Shown here: piece after piece, positions 1 to 9,138 of the stretch
How the letters are laid out: each line of letters starts with the position of its first letter
Position numbering within the stretch: the first letter of the stretch is position 1
Origin: Candidatus Oxydemutatoraceae bacterium
GTDB taxonomy: Bacteria > Pseudomonadota > Gammaproteobacteria > Poriferisulfidales > Oxydemutatoraceae
Reading direction: 5' to 3'
NCBI GenBank assembly: GCA_965237985.1
Contig: OZ250161.1
Span: 104,078 to 168,077 of the forward strand
Length of the DNA stretch: 64,000 bases
The notes under the pieces: model-generated
The model's database searches: none
What the model was told of the DNA's origin: nothing
Seen by the model: only the letters and a program-made list of their open reading frames with translations
Program-made: the position numbers and the translations under genes

Positions 1-478
1 TGTGCCCGGACACGACCTGCATCGGTCCCGATGCATCATCACGCCAATCACCGGTGTTTATTTTGTTCATCCCACTGTAACCGGTGGGAAACAACGCCGC
101 ATGCCAACCGAACAGACGATCTTCTGTGAGCGGTTGGTCAAAACGGCCTGTGGCATCCAGCACCATATCCACCACACCGTCTACATGTCGGTCAGCAGGT
201 GCTAAAGCACCCACATCAACACCTAGGCGGCGTGCGACCGAGGATCTCACTGTTTCGGGGTTTAGGTGTTCACCTTCTATTTCACTGGTTTTGAGAACTT
301 CCTCTGTCAACACCTGCAAAGTGGCCTGATCACGTAATCCCATGCCGATGTTCTGCATACGCCCGAGGAGATGCCCCTGAGCGTGGTGAACCTTTGCCAA
401 TAGGCCGACGAGACGTTCAGCATCATAGTACCAACGAGGCCAGTCAGTGTGTTGCCAGATATATTTGCTGCTATTCAT
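1..478 (-). CDS. Fic/DOC family protein, N-terminal part only (the 3' end of the gene lies beyond the window start)
   Basis: Minus-strand frame from ATG at 476-478 reads MNSSKYIWQHTDWPRWYYDAERL...LKTSEIEGEHL and stays open to position 1. This matches the N-terminal domain seen upstream of Fic cores. It is absent from the ORF track because no stop lies inside the window. Confidence 0.6.
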   Translation of the reverse strand, partial: MNSSKYIWQHTDWPRWYYDAERLVGLLAKVHHAQGHLLGRMQNIGMGLRDQATLQVLTEEVLKTSEIEGEHLNPETVRSSVARRLGVDVGALAPADRHVDGVVDMVLDATGRFDQPLTEDRLFGWHAALFPTGYSGMNKINTGDWRDDASGPMQVVSGH

Positions 479-565
479 GCGGAGATTATGGGCTTTATTC
501 TCTGCAAGGTCAATTCTTTCACCGCATATTATGCGGTGTTAAATGATCTTATTCACCGCAATTAA

Positions 566-971
566 GTGGCTGCGGATCAATATAAATCAGTTTTAGTCCG
601 CCTTCTTTTTCTATCTCCTCGTGCAGAACCCCACTTTTCAAACTGGATGAACAAGTTTGTTGTCGCCCCAAATGAGCTTGTTTGTCCAACCAGCAATTTG
701 CCTGCTTCTATCATCAAAATCAAAAAGCATTTGTTGGGCTTGCTTTTTGGTATCTTGGGTATTTTCCGCCCTTGGCTCATCTACCAACCGCAATTGTTTG
801 AAAGGGTAAGACAACATTTGCCACTTCACAGATTTTTCCATTCCATACCAGTTCAACCTCTTTTTTATCTGCGAAAAGTAAAAAACGAAATTTTTCCGGA
901 AGTGGTTTTCCAGATTCAAGATATTTGATAATAGCCCTTACTTCCTTTTTAGTTAGATTAACTTTATCCAT
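566..971 (-). pseudogene. Remnant of an N6/N4 DNA methyltransferase (type III Mod or type IIG-like N-terminus), broken by a frameshift
   Basis: ORF 777..971 (KEVELVWNGK...LPFQ) and ORF 638..919 (NKLIWGDNKLV) are consecutive methyltransferase N-terminal motifs in different frames. No catalytic or target-recognition part follows. Confidence 0.4.
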
Positions 972-1093
972 AGTTTTACTTCATTAAATCATTAGGAGTA
1001 ATGTCGAGAGCATCAGCGGTTTTTTTAACCGTATCAATTAAACCTTGTGATAGTGGTGTTTTGTTTCTTACCCACAAAATGATGAAACGGGTA

Positions 1094-1185
1094 TGGCGGA
1101 GAGAGAGGGATTCGAACCCTCGACACGGAATTCCCCGTATACACGCTTTCCAGGCGTGCGCCTTAGACCGCTCGGCCATCTCTCC
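1094..1185 (-). tRNA. tRNA-Ser (anticodon GGA), class II with long variable arm, CCA encoded
   Basis: The reverse complement GGAGAGATGGCCGAGCGGTCTAAGGCGCACGCCTGGAAAGCGTG...GGTTCGAATCCCTCTCTCTCCGCCA folds as a cloverleaf. The anticodon loop CTGGAAA gives anticodon GGA. Confidence 0.9.
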
Positions 1186-1783
1186 AGAAACCCTTCTGTT
1201 TTTTAGTCCAGGTCGGCGGTCGCCGAGTGAAATCATTCTCGACTTGCGCCCTGCACAACGCACAGCACTGGCGACGGCTTCCGGCACACCCAACAACTGC
1301 CAGTCTTGCCGTGGTCAGGATGGGCTATGGAACAGAAGCCACTATAATTGTAGCAATCTGTCCATGCATTTTCCAAGCAGTGTTGCGGGTAGGCAATACA
1401 ATCCCATTTGGAGAAAAAGCTGGGTTTTCGCTGTGCCGTTGGAAGATTTTCGTGATTCGAGGTTCGTCCGTACTTTGAGACAGGTGTGTATGGATAACGC
1501 GGTTGCGCGTCATGTCAAAATCGGTGTTTGGTTATATCCTTGGGGATGCTCTGCTAGGTGCAGCTTAACTGGAGGGATTCCACTTTGCAAGGGGATGAAA
1601 GGGGTTGTAGTAACGGTATGTGTGGCTGCTTTTGGCACCCCGGAATTCTGATTTGTTGCATTCTGGGTAAAAAAGTTGGTAAAACCAGCTTAAGATTTTT
1701 GAGAAGTATCCAGAAATTTATTAGAAGTTTATTGGTAGTTTGTGAGAACTCCTGTTATTGTAGAATAAGCATCAGGAGTGTTT

Positions 1784-2851
1784 ATGTTTATCCCGAAATT
1801 TCAAATCAGCCCAAAACTGAGCAAAGCTCTTATGGAAATTGAGGCGTGCCGACAGGCTGTCGCCTACTTGTCCGTTACGGTGACTTTGTTGGACAGTTTA
1901 CGCAAAAGCGCCCGGCTTGTTTCCACTCATTATTCAACTCAGATTGAAGGCAATCGCCTGACACAAGAACAGGTTCAGGAAGTGGTTTTACAGGGCGGCA
2001 CGTTCCCCAACCGGGAGCGAGACGAGCAAGAGGTTCGCAATTATTACCGCGCTCTTGATTACGTGGACACGCTTCTGGCCTCCCCCGGCGAGTTGACGGA
2101 GGCACACGTCCAGACCCTGCACGGGCTGGTCATGAACGGCAAGAACAAGCCTACCCCATACCGCGACGGACAAAATGTCATTCGCGATAGCGCCTCCGGC
2201 GGTATCGTTTACATGCCGCCCGAGGCAAAAGACGTGCTGGAATTAATGACCGAACTGGTAGCGTGGATAAAAAGCCAACGCACAACGAACAAACTCCCGG
2301 TTCCGATCATGGCCGGGCTTGTCCATTACCAGTTCGCGACTGTCCACCCTTATTATGACGGCAATGGCAGAACGGCGCGGCTGCTGACAAACCTTCTTCT
2401 CCATAAGGCGGGATACGGCCTCAAGGGCATCTATTCGCTTGAAGAATACTATGCGCGGAACCTTGGGGTATACTATGAAGCCTTGAGCGTTGGCCCGTCT
2501 CACAACTACTACACGGGCCGTGTAGAGGCCGACCTGTCCGGCTGGAACGAATATTTTTGCCTTGGCATGGCGGATGCATTTTCAACGGTTCGTGCCAAGG
2601 CTGCAGAGGCTGCAAAAAGGTCACGCCCGGATCAGACAGAGCAACTGCGCAGGCTGGATGCCAGACAGCGGCAAATCCTGATACTATTTGAAACGGACGC
2701 ATATGTTACCACAAAGCAAATCGCCGAACACCTCGGCATCCATCGCCGCACGGCTCTTAATCTTTGCAATCAATGGCTCAAGGACGGTTTTTTCATTCAA
2801 TATGGCGAGGCAAGGAAAAGCCGAAAATATGGGCTGGCAAGCGAAGACTGA
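1784..2851 (+). CDS. Fic family protein (AMPylation-type toxin or regulator) with C-terminal winged HTH
   Basis: Fic motif HPYYDGNGRTARLL. AGGAG lies 6 nt upstream of ATG 1784. The ORF-track start at 1778 is a GTG two codons earlier. Confidence 0.85.
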   Translation: MFIPKFQISPKLSKALMEIEACRQAVAYLSVTVTLLDSLRKSARLVSTHYSTQIEGNRLTQEQVQEVVLQGGTFPNRERDEQEVRNYYRALDYVDTLLASPGELTEAHVQTLHGLVMNGKNKPTPYRDGQNVIRDSASGGIVYMPPEAKDVLELMTELVAWIKSQRTTNKLPVPIMAGLVHYQFATVHPYYDGNGRTARLLTNLLLHKAGYGLKGIYSLEEYYARNLGVYYEALSVGPSHNYYTGRVEADLSGWNEYFCLGMADAFSTVRAKAAEAAKRSRPDQTEQLRRLDARQRQILILFETDAYVTTKQIAEHLGIHRRTALNLCNQWLKDGFFIQYGEARKSRKYGLASED

Positions 2852-2865
2852 CAATATTTAGGAAA

Positions 2866-3604
2866 GGGTCATGACAAGTTAAGCGGCTCTTTTCTGAATA
2901 TTCCAAGCAAAATCTTGTAAAGATTTTGCTTGCGATTGTTGAATCTAAATTCACATTCTTTAAGATGTAAATTGAATGTACTTTTGTCCATCCCTTTAAA
3001 CTTTACCAACCTAGTTTTTGCATAACCCCAAAATGACTCTATGCCATTAATATGAGAATTTCCTCTGGCGAATTCATTCTCACCATGATGAACTCTAAAG
3101 TGCTTCTTATAACCAAAATCTACTAAACCATTATACCCACGCCAGCCATCAGAATGAACAACACTATCTATGCTTGTTTTACCTCTAATTATCTTGGTTA
3201 AAGTCGCTGCAGTGCAATCTGGAACAATCTCAGTATAAACTTTATCACCGCGTTTTAATAAACCAAATACTTTGGTTTTACCTTTGGCGCCACGACCACG
3301 CACACCTTTGACTCTTTTTGCCCCAAAGTAAGATTCATCAACTTCAATCTGTCCCACTAATAGGGCAGATTGGTTGGTTGAATCTCTGGCAACCCGCTTG
3401 CGAATTGCCTTTAAATATTGATTAATAGTTTGTCTACTTAACTTTGTTAATTATTGGATTTGAACGGCGTTCAAATCCAAAGAAAAATAGCGAATAATTT
3501 CTCTAAATTTATGCTCAGAAATTCTTGAACGAATTACATATTTGTTTTTCATTGTCATAACAATACTTATCATGTTTTTAAACATGCTTAATTTGTCATG
3601 ACCC
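2866..3604. mobile_element. IS1595-family insertion sequence (ISXO2/IS1016-like, about 739 bp) with 19-bp terminal inverted repeats GGGTCATGACAA(G/A)TTAAGC
   Basis: Inverted repeats at 2866-2884 and 3586-3604. The element encodes a DDE_Tnp_IS1595-type transposase split across two frames. Confidence 0.7.
2869..3357 (-). CDS. IS1595-family transposase, catalytic DDE portion
   Basis: 162-aa ORF with ISXO2-like transposase motifs (HSDGWRGY, NGIESFW). The N-terminal HTH part (MTMKNKYVIRSRISEHKF...) lies in another frame at 3451..3558. Confidence 0.7.
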   Translation of the reverse strand: MGQIEVDESYFGAKRVKGVRGRGAKGKTKVFGLLKRGDKVYTEIVPDCTAATLTKIIRGKTSIDSVVHSDGWRGYNGLVDFGYKKHFRVHHGENEFARGNSHINGIESFWGYAKTRLVKFKGMDKSTFNLHLKECEFRFNNRKQNLYKILLGIFRKEPLNLS

Positions 3605-3623
3605 TACTTTTTTACTAATTTTT

Positions 3624-5525
3624 TCAATACGCACTATTCGCTCCCGCCAGCACGGCCCTTGCCCAACAGGAAACGGAACACCCGGCGGCTTTTGCTGCTA
3701 CGGCGTATTGGTCGGCCTGTGCCTGGGTGAGGCGAAATCCGATGAGTGTTGTACTCCCTCTGCTCCGGGCGTCCGGCGGCGGGATGTTTTCGGGCGGGTT
3801 GTTCAGTATGTCTCTGGCCCACATCGCCACGCTCTGGCCGCTGGCTTTCGCCCGGACAGTGGCGGCGGTGTGAACGGCATTACTCACACGCAGAGCAAAC
3901 ATTATGCTCTTTAGAGGTTGCTTGACCGTGGCAGGCTTTGCTTTGACTTTGGGCCGTTGAACTTCCTTTATTTTCGACTCGGCTGGGGCTGTTGCTGGTG
4001 CCGGGGAAGGTGCGCCACCAAGCAACACCGCCCTTGCCCAGTACGTTATGGAATGCCCTGCCGCTTCTGCGGCAAGGGCGTATTCTTCGGCTTGGGCAGG
4101 GGTAATGCGAAAGCCGATCATTTTCCGGCGATTTTCACGTCTGGTGTTTACCGGGGGAAGCTGCTCCGGCGGGAAGTTCAGCATCGCGCTGGCCCAAATG
4201 CCGACACTCAGCCCCTCGGCCTCCGCCTTGGCGGCGGCGGCGTATTCTTCCTCGCTGACACGTATGGAAAACATACTGCGTGTGCTTGGTTCATAGGGGT
4301 CTTTTGGCGGTTTTAAGTTATGGCTATTTTGCCTCGGTGTTGCCGATAGCTTTTTCTTCGGCTTGCTTTTACCTTGCAGCAAATCGCGCAAGGTCGCGCC
4401 GATCCGCTCGGCGGCGACTTCTGTGGCTTTATCCGATACGTGGGTATAACGCAAGGTCATGCTGGTTTTGCGATGCCCCAACAGTTTTGAGACCATTGGG
4501 ATTGTTACCCCCTTGATTACGGCGTGGCTGGCGAAGGTATGGCGCAGGTCATGGACTCGCACGTCCTCAATTCCCGCCCTTTCGCGCATGTCTCGCCAAT
4601 ACTGATCTATGTTGTTTCGGGGCAGTTTCGGGTCTTTAATCCACGGAAACACCCACCGGGTGCCGTTTCTTGGTTGGCGTTCCAGAATGCTGATGGCCTT
4701 CTTGCTCAAATAAACTTCTCGCTGCCCGGTTTTGGTGTCGGGTATCTTGATAATGCCGTCACGAATCATCGACCATTCAAGCAAGGTGATCTCCCGATGA
4801 CGGCACCCGGTCAAAAGGATCAAGCGGACAATATCCGCGCCCTGCCTGTAGTCCCGGCTTTCCTTTTCGGCATTTTTCAGAACCTTTGATAACCGGGTGA
4901 TTTCCTCTGACGACAGAAAGCGGTTAAGAATTTTCTTCGGGTTCTTGCGAATACCCTTGGCCGGGTTTTCGCTCAAATGGCCGCAAACGACTGCAAACTC
5001 CAGAATGGACAGAAGAACCTCCAGTGCGCGATTAGCCCCGCCGGGATAGGTCTTGCTGTAGATGTCGAACCACTCGGCAACCCCCGGCTTGTTGATCTCG
5101 TCCAGATACATCTTGCCGAACTCTGGCAACAAGCGGGAATTGATATAGCTACGGGTCGATCTCTGGCCCGTGGGTTTGAGCAAGACAAATTTCTGCTCAT
5201 GCCACGCACCAAAAATAAACTCGTCAAAGCGTGGCGCGTTCGATATGCGCTCGGCCTGTGTCGGCTCTCCCATCTGCAAGCTGGTCAGCGTATCAACGCA
5301 AGCCTGACGGGCCTCGGCCTCCGACATAACCGGGAACTTTCCCAGCGTTACCTTGTGGATTTTATCGCGTACCAATCCATGCAGGATAAAAGCCTTGTAC
5401 CCGGTCGGCCTGACGCGAAGGCCACACCCGAAAAGCTGATTGTCCCATGCAACGTATTCCTTGCCCTCAACGGCAAGCTGGCGCACACGACTGTCCGTGA
5501 GTTTTAATTTCAATTTGCTTTTCAT
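3624..5525 (-). CDS. int: P4-type tyrosine integrase (DUF4102 arm-binding N-domain plus catalytic core) fused to four C-terminal ribbon-helix-helix (MobC/NikA-like) repeats
   Basis: The catalytic region carries HDLRHTFAS...LGH...Y. The C-terminal 230 aa hold four copies of a motif of the form h-x-[FL]R[VIL][ST]-x7-A-x-A-x-G-x-S[VI]-x2-W-x-R-x2-[LM]. Confidence 0.85.
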   Translation of the reverse strand: MKSKLKLKLTDSRVRQLAVEGKEYVAWDNQLFGCGLRVRPTGYKAFILHGLVRDKIHKVTLGKFPVMSEAEARQACVDTLTSLQMGEPTQAERISNAPRFDEFIFGAWHEQKFVLLKPTGQRSTRSYINSRLLPEFGKMYLDEINKPGVAEWFDIYSKTYPGGANRALEVLLSILEFAVVCGHLSENPAKGIRKNPKKILNRFLSSEEITRLSKVLKNAEKESRDYRQGADIVRLILLTGCRHREITLLEWSMIRDGIIKIPDTKTGQREVYLSKKAISILERQPRNGTRWVFPWIKDPKLPRNNIDQYWRDMRERAGIEDVRVHDLRHTFASHAVIKGVTIPMVSKLLGHRKTSMTLRYTHVSDKATEVAAERIGATLRDLLQGKSKPKKKLSATPRQNSHNLKPPKDPYEPSTRSMFSIRVSEEEYAAAAKAEAEGLSVGIWASAMLNFPPEQLPPVNTRRENRRKMIGFRITPAQAEEYALAAEAAGHSITYWARAVLLGGAPSPAPATAPAESKIKEVQRPKVKAKPATVKQPLKSIMFALRVSNAVHTAATVRAKASGQSVAMWARDILNNPPENIPPPDARSRGSTTLIGFRLTQAQADQYAVAAKAAGCSVSCWARAVLAGANSAY

Positions 5526-6671
5526 GATGACAGCACTCCCCCGATGGCAGAGGACACGGTCCGCGCCGTGTATTGGATATCGTCGTTGGCAAGGTGGGAA
5601 TATTTCAGGGTGATTTCCGGGTCGGCATGTCCCAGCAATCTCCCGATGGTGATAATATGCTCGCCATGCCCAAGGGCCACGCTGGCGTAAGTGTGGCGCA
5701 AGTCATGCATTCGAACGTTTGCCAGCCCCGCTTGTTCGCGGATGGCGCGCCAATTGTAGTCGATATAACTTTGAGTGATGGTTCCCGCTTTCCCGCGTAA
5801 GGCCGGGAAAACATACAGGGACGTTCTGGGGATTGCTTCCAGAACGTCACGGGCGGCGGATGAGAGGAAAATGGTTTTCGCACCCGTCTTGCTGTCGGGC
5901 AAATACAGGTTGCCGTGCCTGCAGCTTGGCCACTGCAACCCCATCGCTTCCCCTTTCCGGCAACCCGTCAAAATAACAAATTTCAGAAAGGACACCACAA
6001 GCGGTGATGTTGCGCGATTGCTTTCCAAAACGCCCCCAAGCGTTGCCAGTTCATCCGCCGACAAGAACCGCTCCTTTGCCGCCACCTTATAACGGGGGGT
6101 GCCTTTGCACGGGTTGGAATTATCAGGCCGATAACCGTAAATTTCGGCTTGCTGCATCAGGACGGAAAGAATAGGCAGGGTTCGGTTTGCCATGCCGGGC
6201 CGGTTGCCAAGCGAGGCGAACCAGCGGGTAATATGGCTCTTGTCGCTCTCGCCAATTTTCATCCCTTTGAAAAATGGCAAAATGTGGTGATCGTAGGTGT
6301 TGCGGCTGGAACGAAACATGGAATCTTTCCAGTGCCGTCTGTAACGGTCAAAGAATATCTCGCCGACTTCCTCAAACAACGCCTGTTTAAGCTCCGGCGG
6401 TCTGGGGGTCGCTCTGCTTTGCAATACTCCGCAAGGCCAGTGCGCGTGCCTTCGCCTCCGTCAACTTTGTAGTTGAACCAAGGCTATTCCACTTTCGCCG
6501 CCCCCTCACCTGAGCCTGAACGAAGTACGTTTTGCCCCCGCTAGGCGAAACCCGAACGCCAAACCCGGTAAGCTCACCATCGCGAACACTGTAAAATTTT
6601 TCTTGGGGTTTAAGGCTATCAATCAGTTTTTGGGTTGATTTTTGCTTCTCCATGAGTTTTTCCTTTTGCAT
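5522..6671 (-). pseudogene. Second P4-type integrase, split by a frameshift between the arm-binding domain ORF (6387..6671) and the catalytic ORF (5522..6424)
   Basis: ORF 6387..6671 is a DUF4102-like N-domain (YSVRDGELTGFGVRVSPSGGKTYF). ORF 5522..6424 is the catalytic core (HDLRHTYAS). They overlap by 38 nt in different frames near a C5 run. Confidence 0.6.
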
Positions 6672-6965
6672 TTAATCCATGTTTGAATTTGCTGCAAAGT
6701 GGGAAAACAAGAGCTCACCCATTGCGCAACGCTACACAGAACGCAAGGTATAACCCTTTGATTTTGATGAATTTAACGCGCCACTATTTTTACTTTTAAC
6801 TACGAAGTAGTGACGGGTGTGGGCTTTATGAAGCCGGTGCCGGAGATTCCAGATTTCCAACGCACCCGGCTGACGTTATCCGTTTTCATTTCCCTGACAG
6901 TCCTCCCTGTTTCGGGTTGCTGATGTTTTTTATCCGGGGCTTATTAAGCTAAACTGCACACCTAC

Positions 6966-7667
6966 ATGAGTCAAGGCATGACAGTTTACGGTCTGGTGAC
7001 CGAATCCGGGGCAGTGGTGCAGTTTGTGCTGCTGATCCTGTTGATTGCTTCGGTTTTAAGCTGGGCGTTCATTTTTGAGAAGTGGCGGGAATTAAAAGTG
7101 GCTCGTGCCGAAGCGGATCAATTTGAAGGCAAATTCTGGTCTGGGTCTAACCTGTTCGAGCTTTACGAGACCTATTCTGCTCGTGATGACAATTTTGGAA
7201 TGGGCGAGATTTTTGTTTCCGGGTTCGCTGAATTTCAGCGTTTGCGCGAAAGTGACGCGTTTGCTGAAAAAGTATTGAGTGACGGGATTACGCGCGCTAT
7301 GAGAGTGTCCATTTCGCGCCATGCGGAGCAATTGGAAAAACGTTTGAATTTCCTTGCGACCGTGGGTTCTGTGTCCCCATACGTGGGTTTGTTTGGGACA
7401 GTGTGGGGCATCATGCATGCTTTCATTTCGCTTAGCGATGTGCGTCAGGCGACCTTGGCGCTGGTGGCGCCGGGCATCGCCGAGGCTTTGGTGGCGACTG
7501 CCATGGGTCTCGTGGCCGCCATCCCGGCCGTTGTTGCGTATAACCGTTATCGTGAAACTACCGAGCGGCTGATTACCCGTTACGACAACTTCGTTGAGGA
7601 ATTTTTTGGGATTCTCATCACTCAGGCGAAACCGGCTGGTCAAACAGGCGAAGCTGCCGAAAATTGA
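6966..7667 (+). CDS. tolQ: Tol-Pal system protein TolQ
   Basis: Three-TMS MotA/TolQ/ExbB family (GLFGTVWGIMHAF), followed by tolR, tolA and tolB. Confidence 0.9.
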   Translation: MSQGMTVYGLVTESGAVVQFVLLILLIASVLSWAFIFEKWRELKVARAEADQFEGKFWSGSNLFELYETYSARDDNFGMGEIFVSGFAEFQRLRESDAFAEKVLSDGITRAMRVSISRHAEQLEKRLNFLATVGSVSPYVGLFGTVWGIMHAFISLSDVRQATLALVAPGIAEALVATAMGLVAAIPAVVAYNRYRETTERLITRYDNFVEEFFGILITQAKPAGQTGEAAEN

Positions 7668-7670
7668 ACA

Positions 7671-8132
7671 ATGCCTCGTGTCCCAAAACGTCCTCTGATT
7701 TCGGAAATCAATGTCGTGCCCTACATCGACGTTATGCTGGTGTTGCTGGTTATTTTCATGATTACGGTTCCTTTGATTCAGCAGGGGGTAGAAATCAACT
7801 TGCCTGAAGTAGAGGGGAAGCCGGTTACCGATGCGGATGGCGCGCCGGTTACTGATCCGTTAATTGTTACGGTGGAACGCGATGGGAAACTTTGGGTCAA
7901 TCGCCAGGGTGTTGGGGAAACGGCCATGGACTTGGAGGGGATTGCGGACGCTTTGCAGCAGCTGTTGCCGGAAAATCATTACGAGGTCTATTTGCGGGCG
8001 GATGAACATGCCAGATATGGTGATGTGGTGAAGGTTCTGGTCACCATTCAGGAACTCTTTCCCGAGGGCGTGGCAGGAGGACAGACTGTCGGCCTGATAA
8101 CAGCCCCGCCGCCTGATGAGGAAAACTTTTGA
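7671..8132 (+). CDS. tolR: Tol-Pal system protein TolR
   Basis: ExbD/TolR family. N-terminus MPRVPKRPLISEINVVPYIDVMLVLLVIFMIT. Confidence 0.9.
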   Translation: MPRVPKRPLISEINVVPYIDVMLVLLVIFMITVPLIQQGVEINLPEVEGKPVTDADGAPVTDPLIVTVERDGKLWVNRQGVGETAMDLEGIADALQQLLPENHYEVYLRADEHARYGDVVKVLVTIQELFPEGVAGGQTVGLITAPPPDEENF

Positions 8133-9132
8133 AGTGAACCTGGAAAGGCTTTGGCTCCGGGGTGGTGAAACGCGGAAAAACAAGTCTTTATTTTCTCTTG
8201 TCCTTGTTGCATCCTTGGCATTGCATGCATTGGTCATTGGTGTCCTTGCCATGGTTATTACCGCCCCGGGGACAAGTGCCACTCCAACCCGTGCTCCCCT
8301 GTCGGGAGTCGTTCAGGCAACGGCGGTCAGTGCGGCGCAGGTTGAACGCTGGCGCGAGCGGAAAGTAGCAGAAAAACGCAGGTTGCAAGAGGAGAAAATG
8401 ACTGAACAGCGGGAGAAAGAACGGGTTGCCCGCAAGCAGCGGGAGGCACAGGAAGCAAAGCGTGCCGCAAAAAGAGAAGCGGATATCATGGTGCGCAAGC
8501 AGGAAGTGATGGAGGCCAAAAGGAGATCAGAAGCGGCTGAGGCGCGTAGAAAGGCGGAAGAAGCCAAGGCGAAAGCGGCGGCTGAGGCGCGTAGAAAGGC
8601 GGAAGAGGCCAAGGCGAAAGCGGCGGCTGAGGTACGTAGAAAGGCGGAAGAGGCCAAGGCGAAAGCGGCGGCTGAGGTACGTAGAAAGGCGGAAGAAGCC
8701 AAAGTGAAAGCGGCGGCTGAGGTACGTAGAAAGGCGGAAGAAGCCAAGGTGAAAGCGGCGGCTGAGGTGCGCAGAAAGGCGGAAGAAGCCAAGGCGAAAG
8801 CGGCGGTAGAGGCACAGCTTCGTGCGGAAGCCGAGGCGCGCCGCAGCCGTGAATTGGTGTTGCTGGTCAACAAATATGTACGCGATATCGAAAATAGGAT
8901 TCGGTCAGTGTGGAGCGTCCCGCCCGGTGGCATTGGTCATGGTGACTGCACCATTCGTTTGGAGCAGGACAGAAGCGGCATGGTAAGAAGCGTGCAGATC
9001 CAAAGCTGCGAGGGCAACCAGTTATATCGCCAATCGCTTGAAGAGGCAGTGTTGAAAGCAGCTCCTTTGCCACTGCCGGGTGCTGCGGAGATCTTTGATG
9101 CGGAGGTCGAAGTCACATTCAGACTTCAGTAG
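8116..9132 (+). CDS. tolA: Tol-Pal system protein TolA with a 6x 15-aa Ala/Lys/Glu-rich tandem repeat
   Basis: N-terminal TM anchor, long AEARRKAEEAKAKAA repeat helix, C-terminal TolA domain. Position between tolR and tolB. Confidence 0.8.
   Translation: MRKTFEVNLERLWLRGGETRKNKSLFSLVLVASLALHALVIGVLAMVITAPGTSATPTRAPLSGVVQATAVSAAQVERWRERKVAEKRRLQEEKMTEQREKERVARKQREAQEAKRAAKREADIMVRKQEVMEAKRRSEAAEARRKAEEAKAKAAAEARRKAEEAKAKAAAEVRRKAEEAKAKAAAEVRRKAEEAKVKAAAEVRRKAEEAKVKAAAEVRRKAEEAKAKAAVEAQLRAEAEARRSRELVLLVNKYVRDIENRIRSVWSVPPGGIGHGDCTIRLEQDRSGMVRSVQIQSCEGNQLYRQSLEEAVLKAAPLPLPGAAEIFDAEVEVTFRLQ
8536..8805 (+). repeat. 45-bp tandem repeat x6 inside tolA (encodes AE[AV]RRKAEEAK[AV]KAA)
   Basis: Direct read of the sequence. 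Period is 45 bp with a few point differences. Confidence 0.85.
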
Positions 9133-9138
9133 GCATGA

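Noticed and set aside
1001-1651. 216-aa plus-strand ORF
   Set aside because: It runs straight across the tRNA-Ser gene (1094..1185) on the opposite strand and has no protein-like features. It is an artefact of an open frame.
1190-1777. Intergenic stretch between tRNA-Ser and the Fic gene with several 60 to 90-aa ORFs
   Set aside because: ORFs overlap each other in different frames and none has a ribosome-binding site or a recognisable motif. I treat it as non-coding island DNA.
8313-8933. Minus-strand ORFs (206 aa; also 8486..8815 with PLSPWLLPPFY repeats) inside tolA
   Set aside because: They are antisense readings of the tolA 45-bp tandem repeat. Their periodic low-complexity translation is produced by the repeat.
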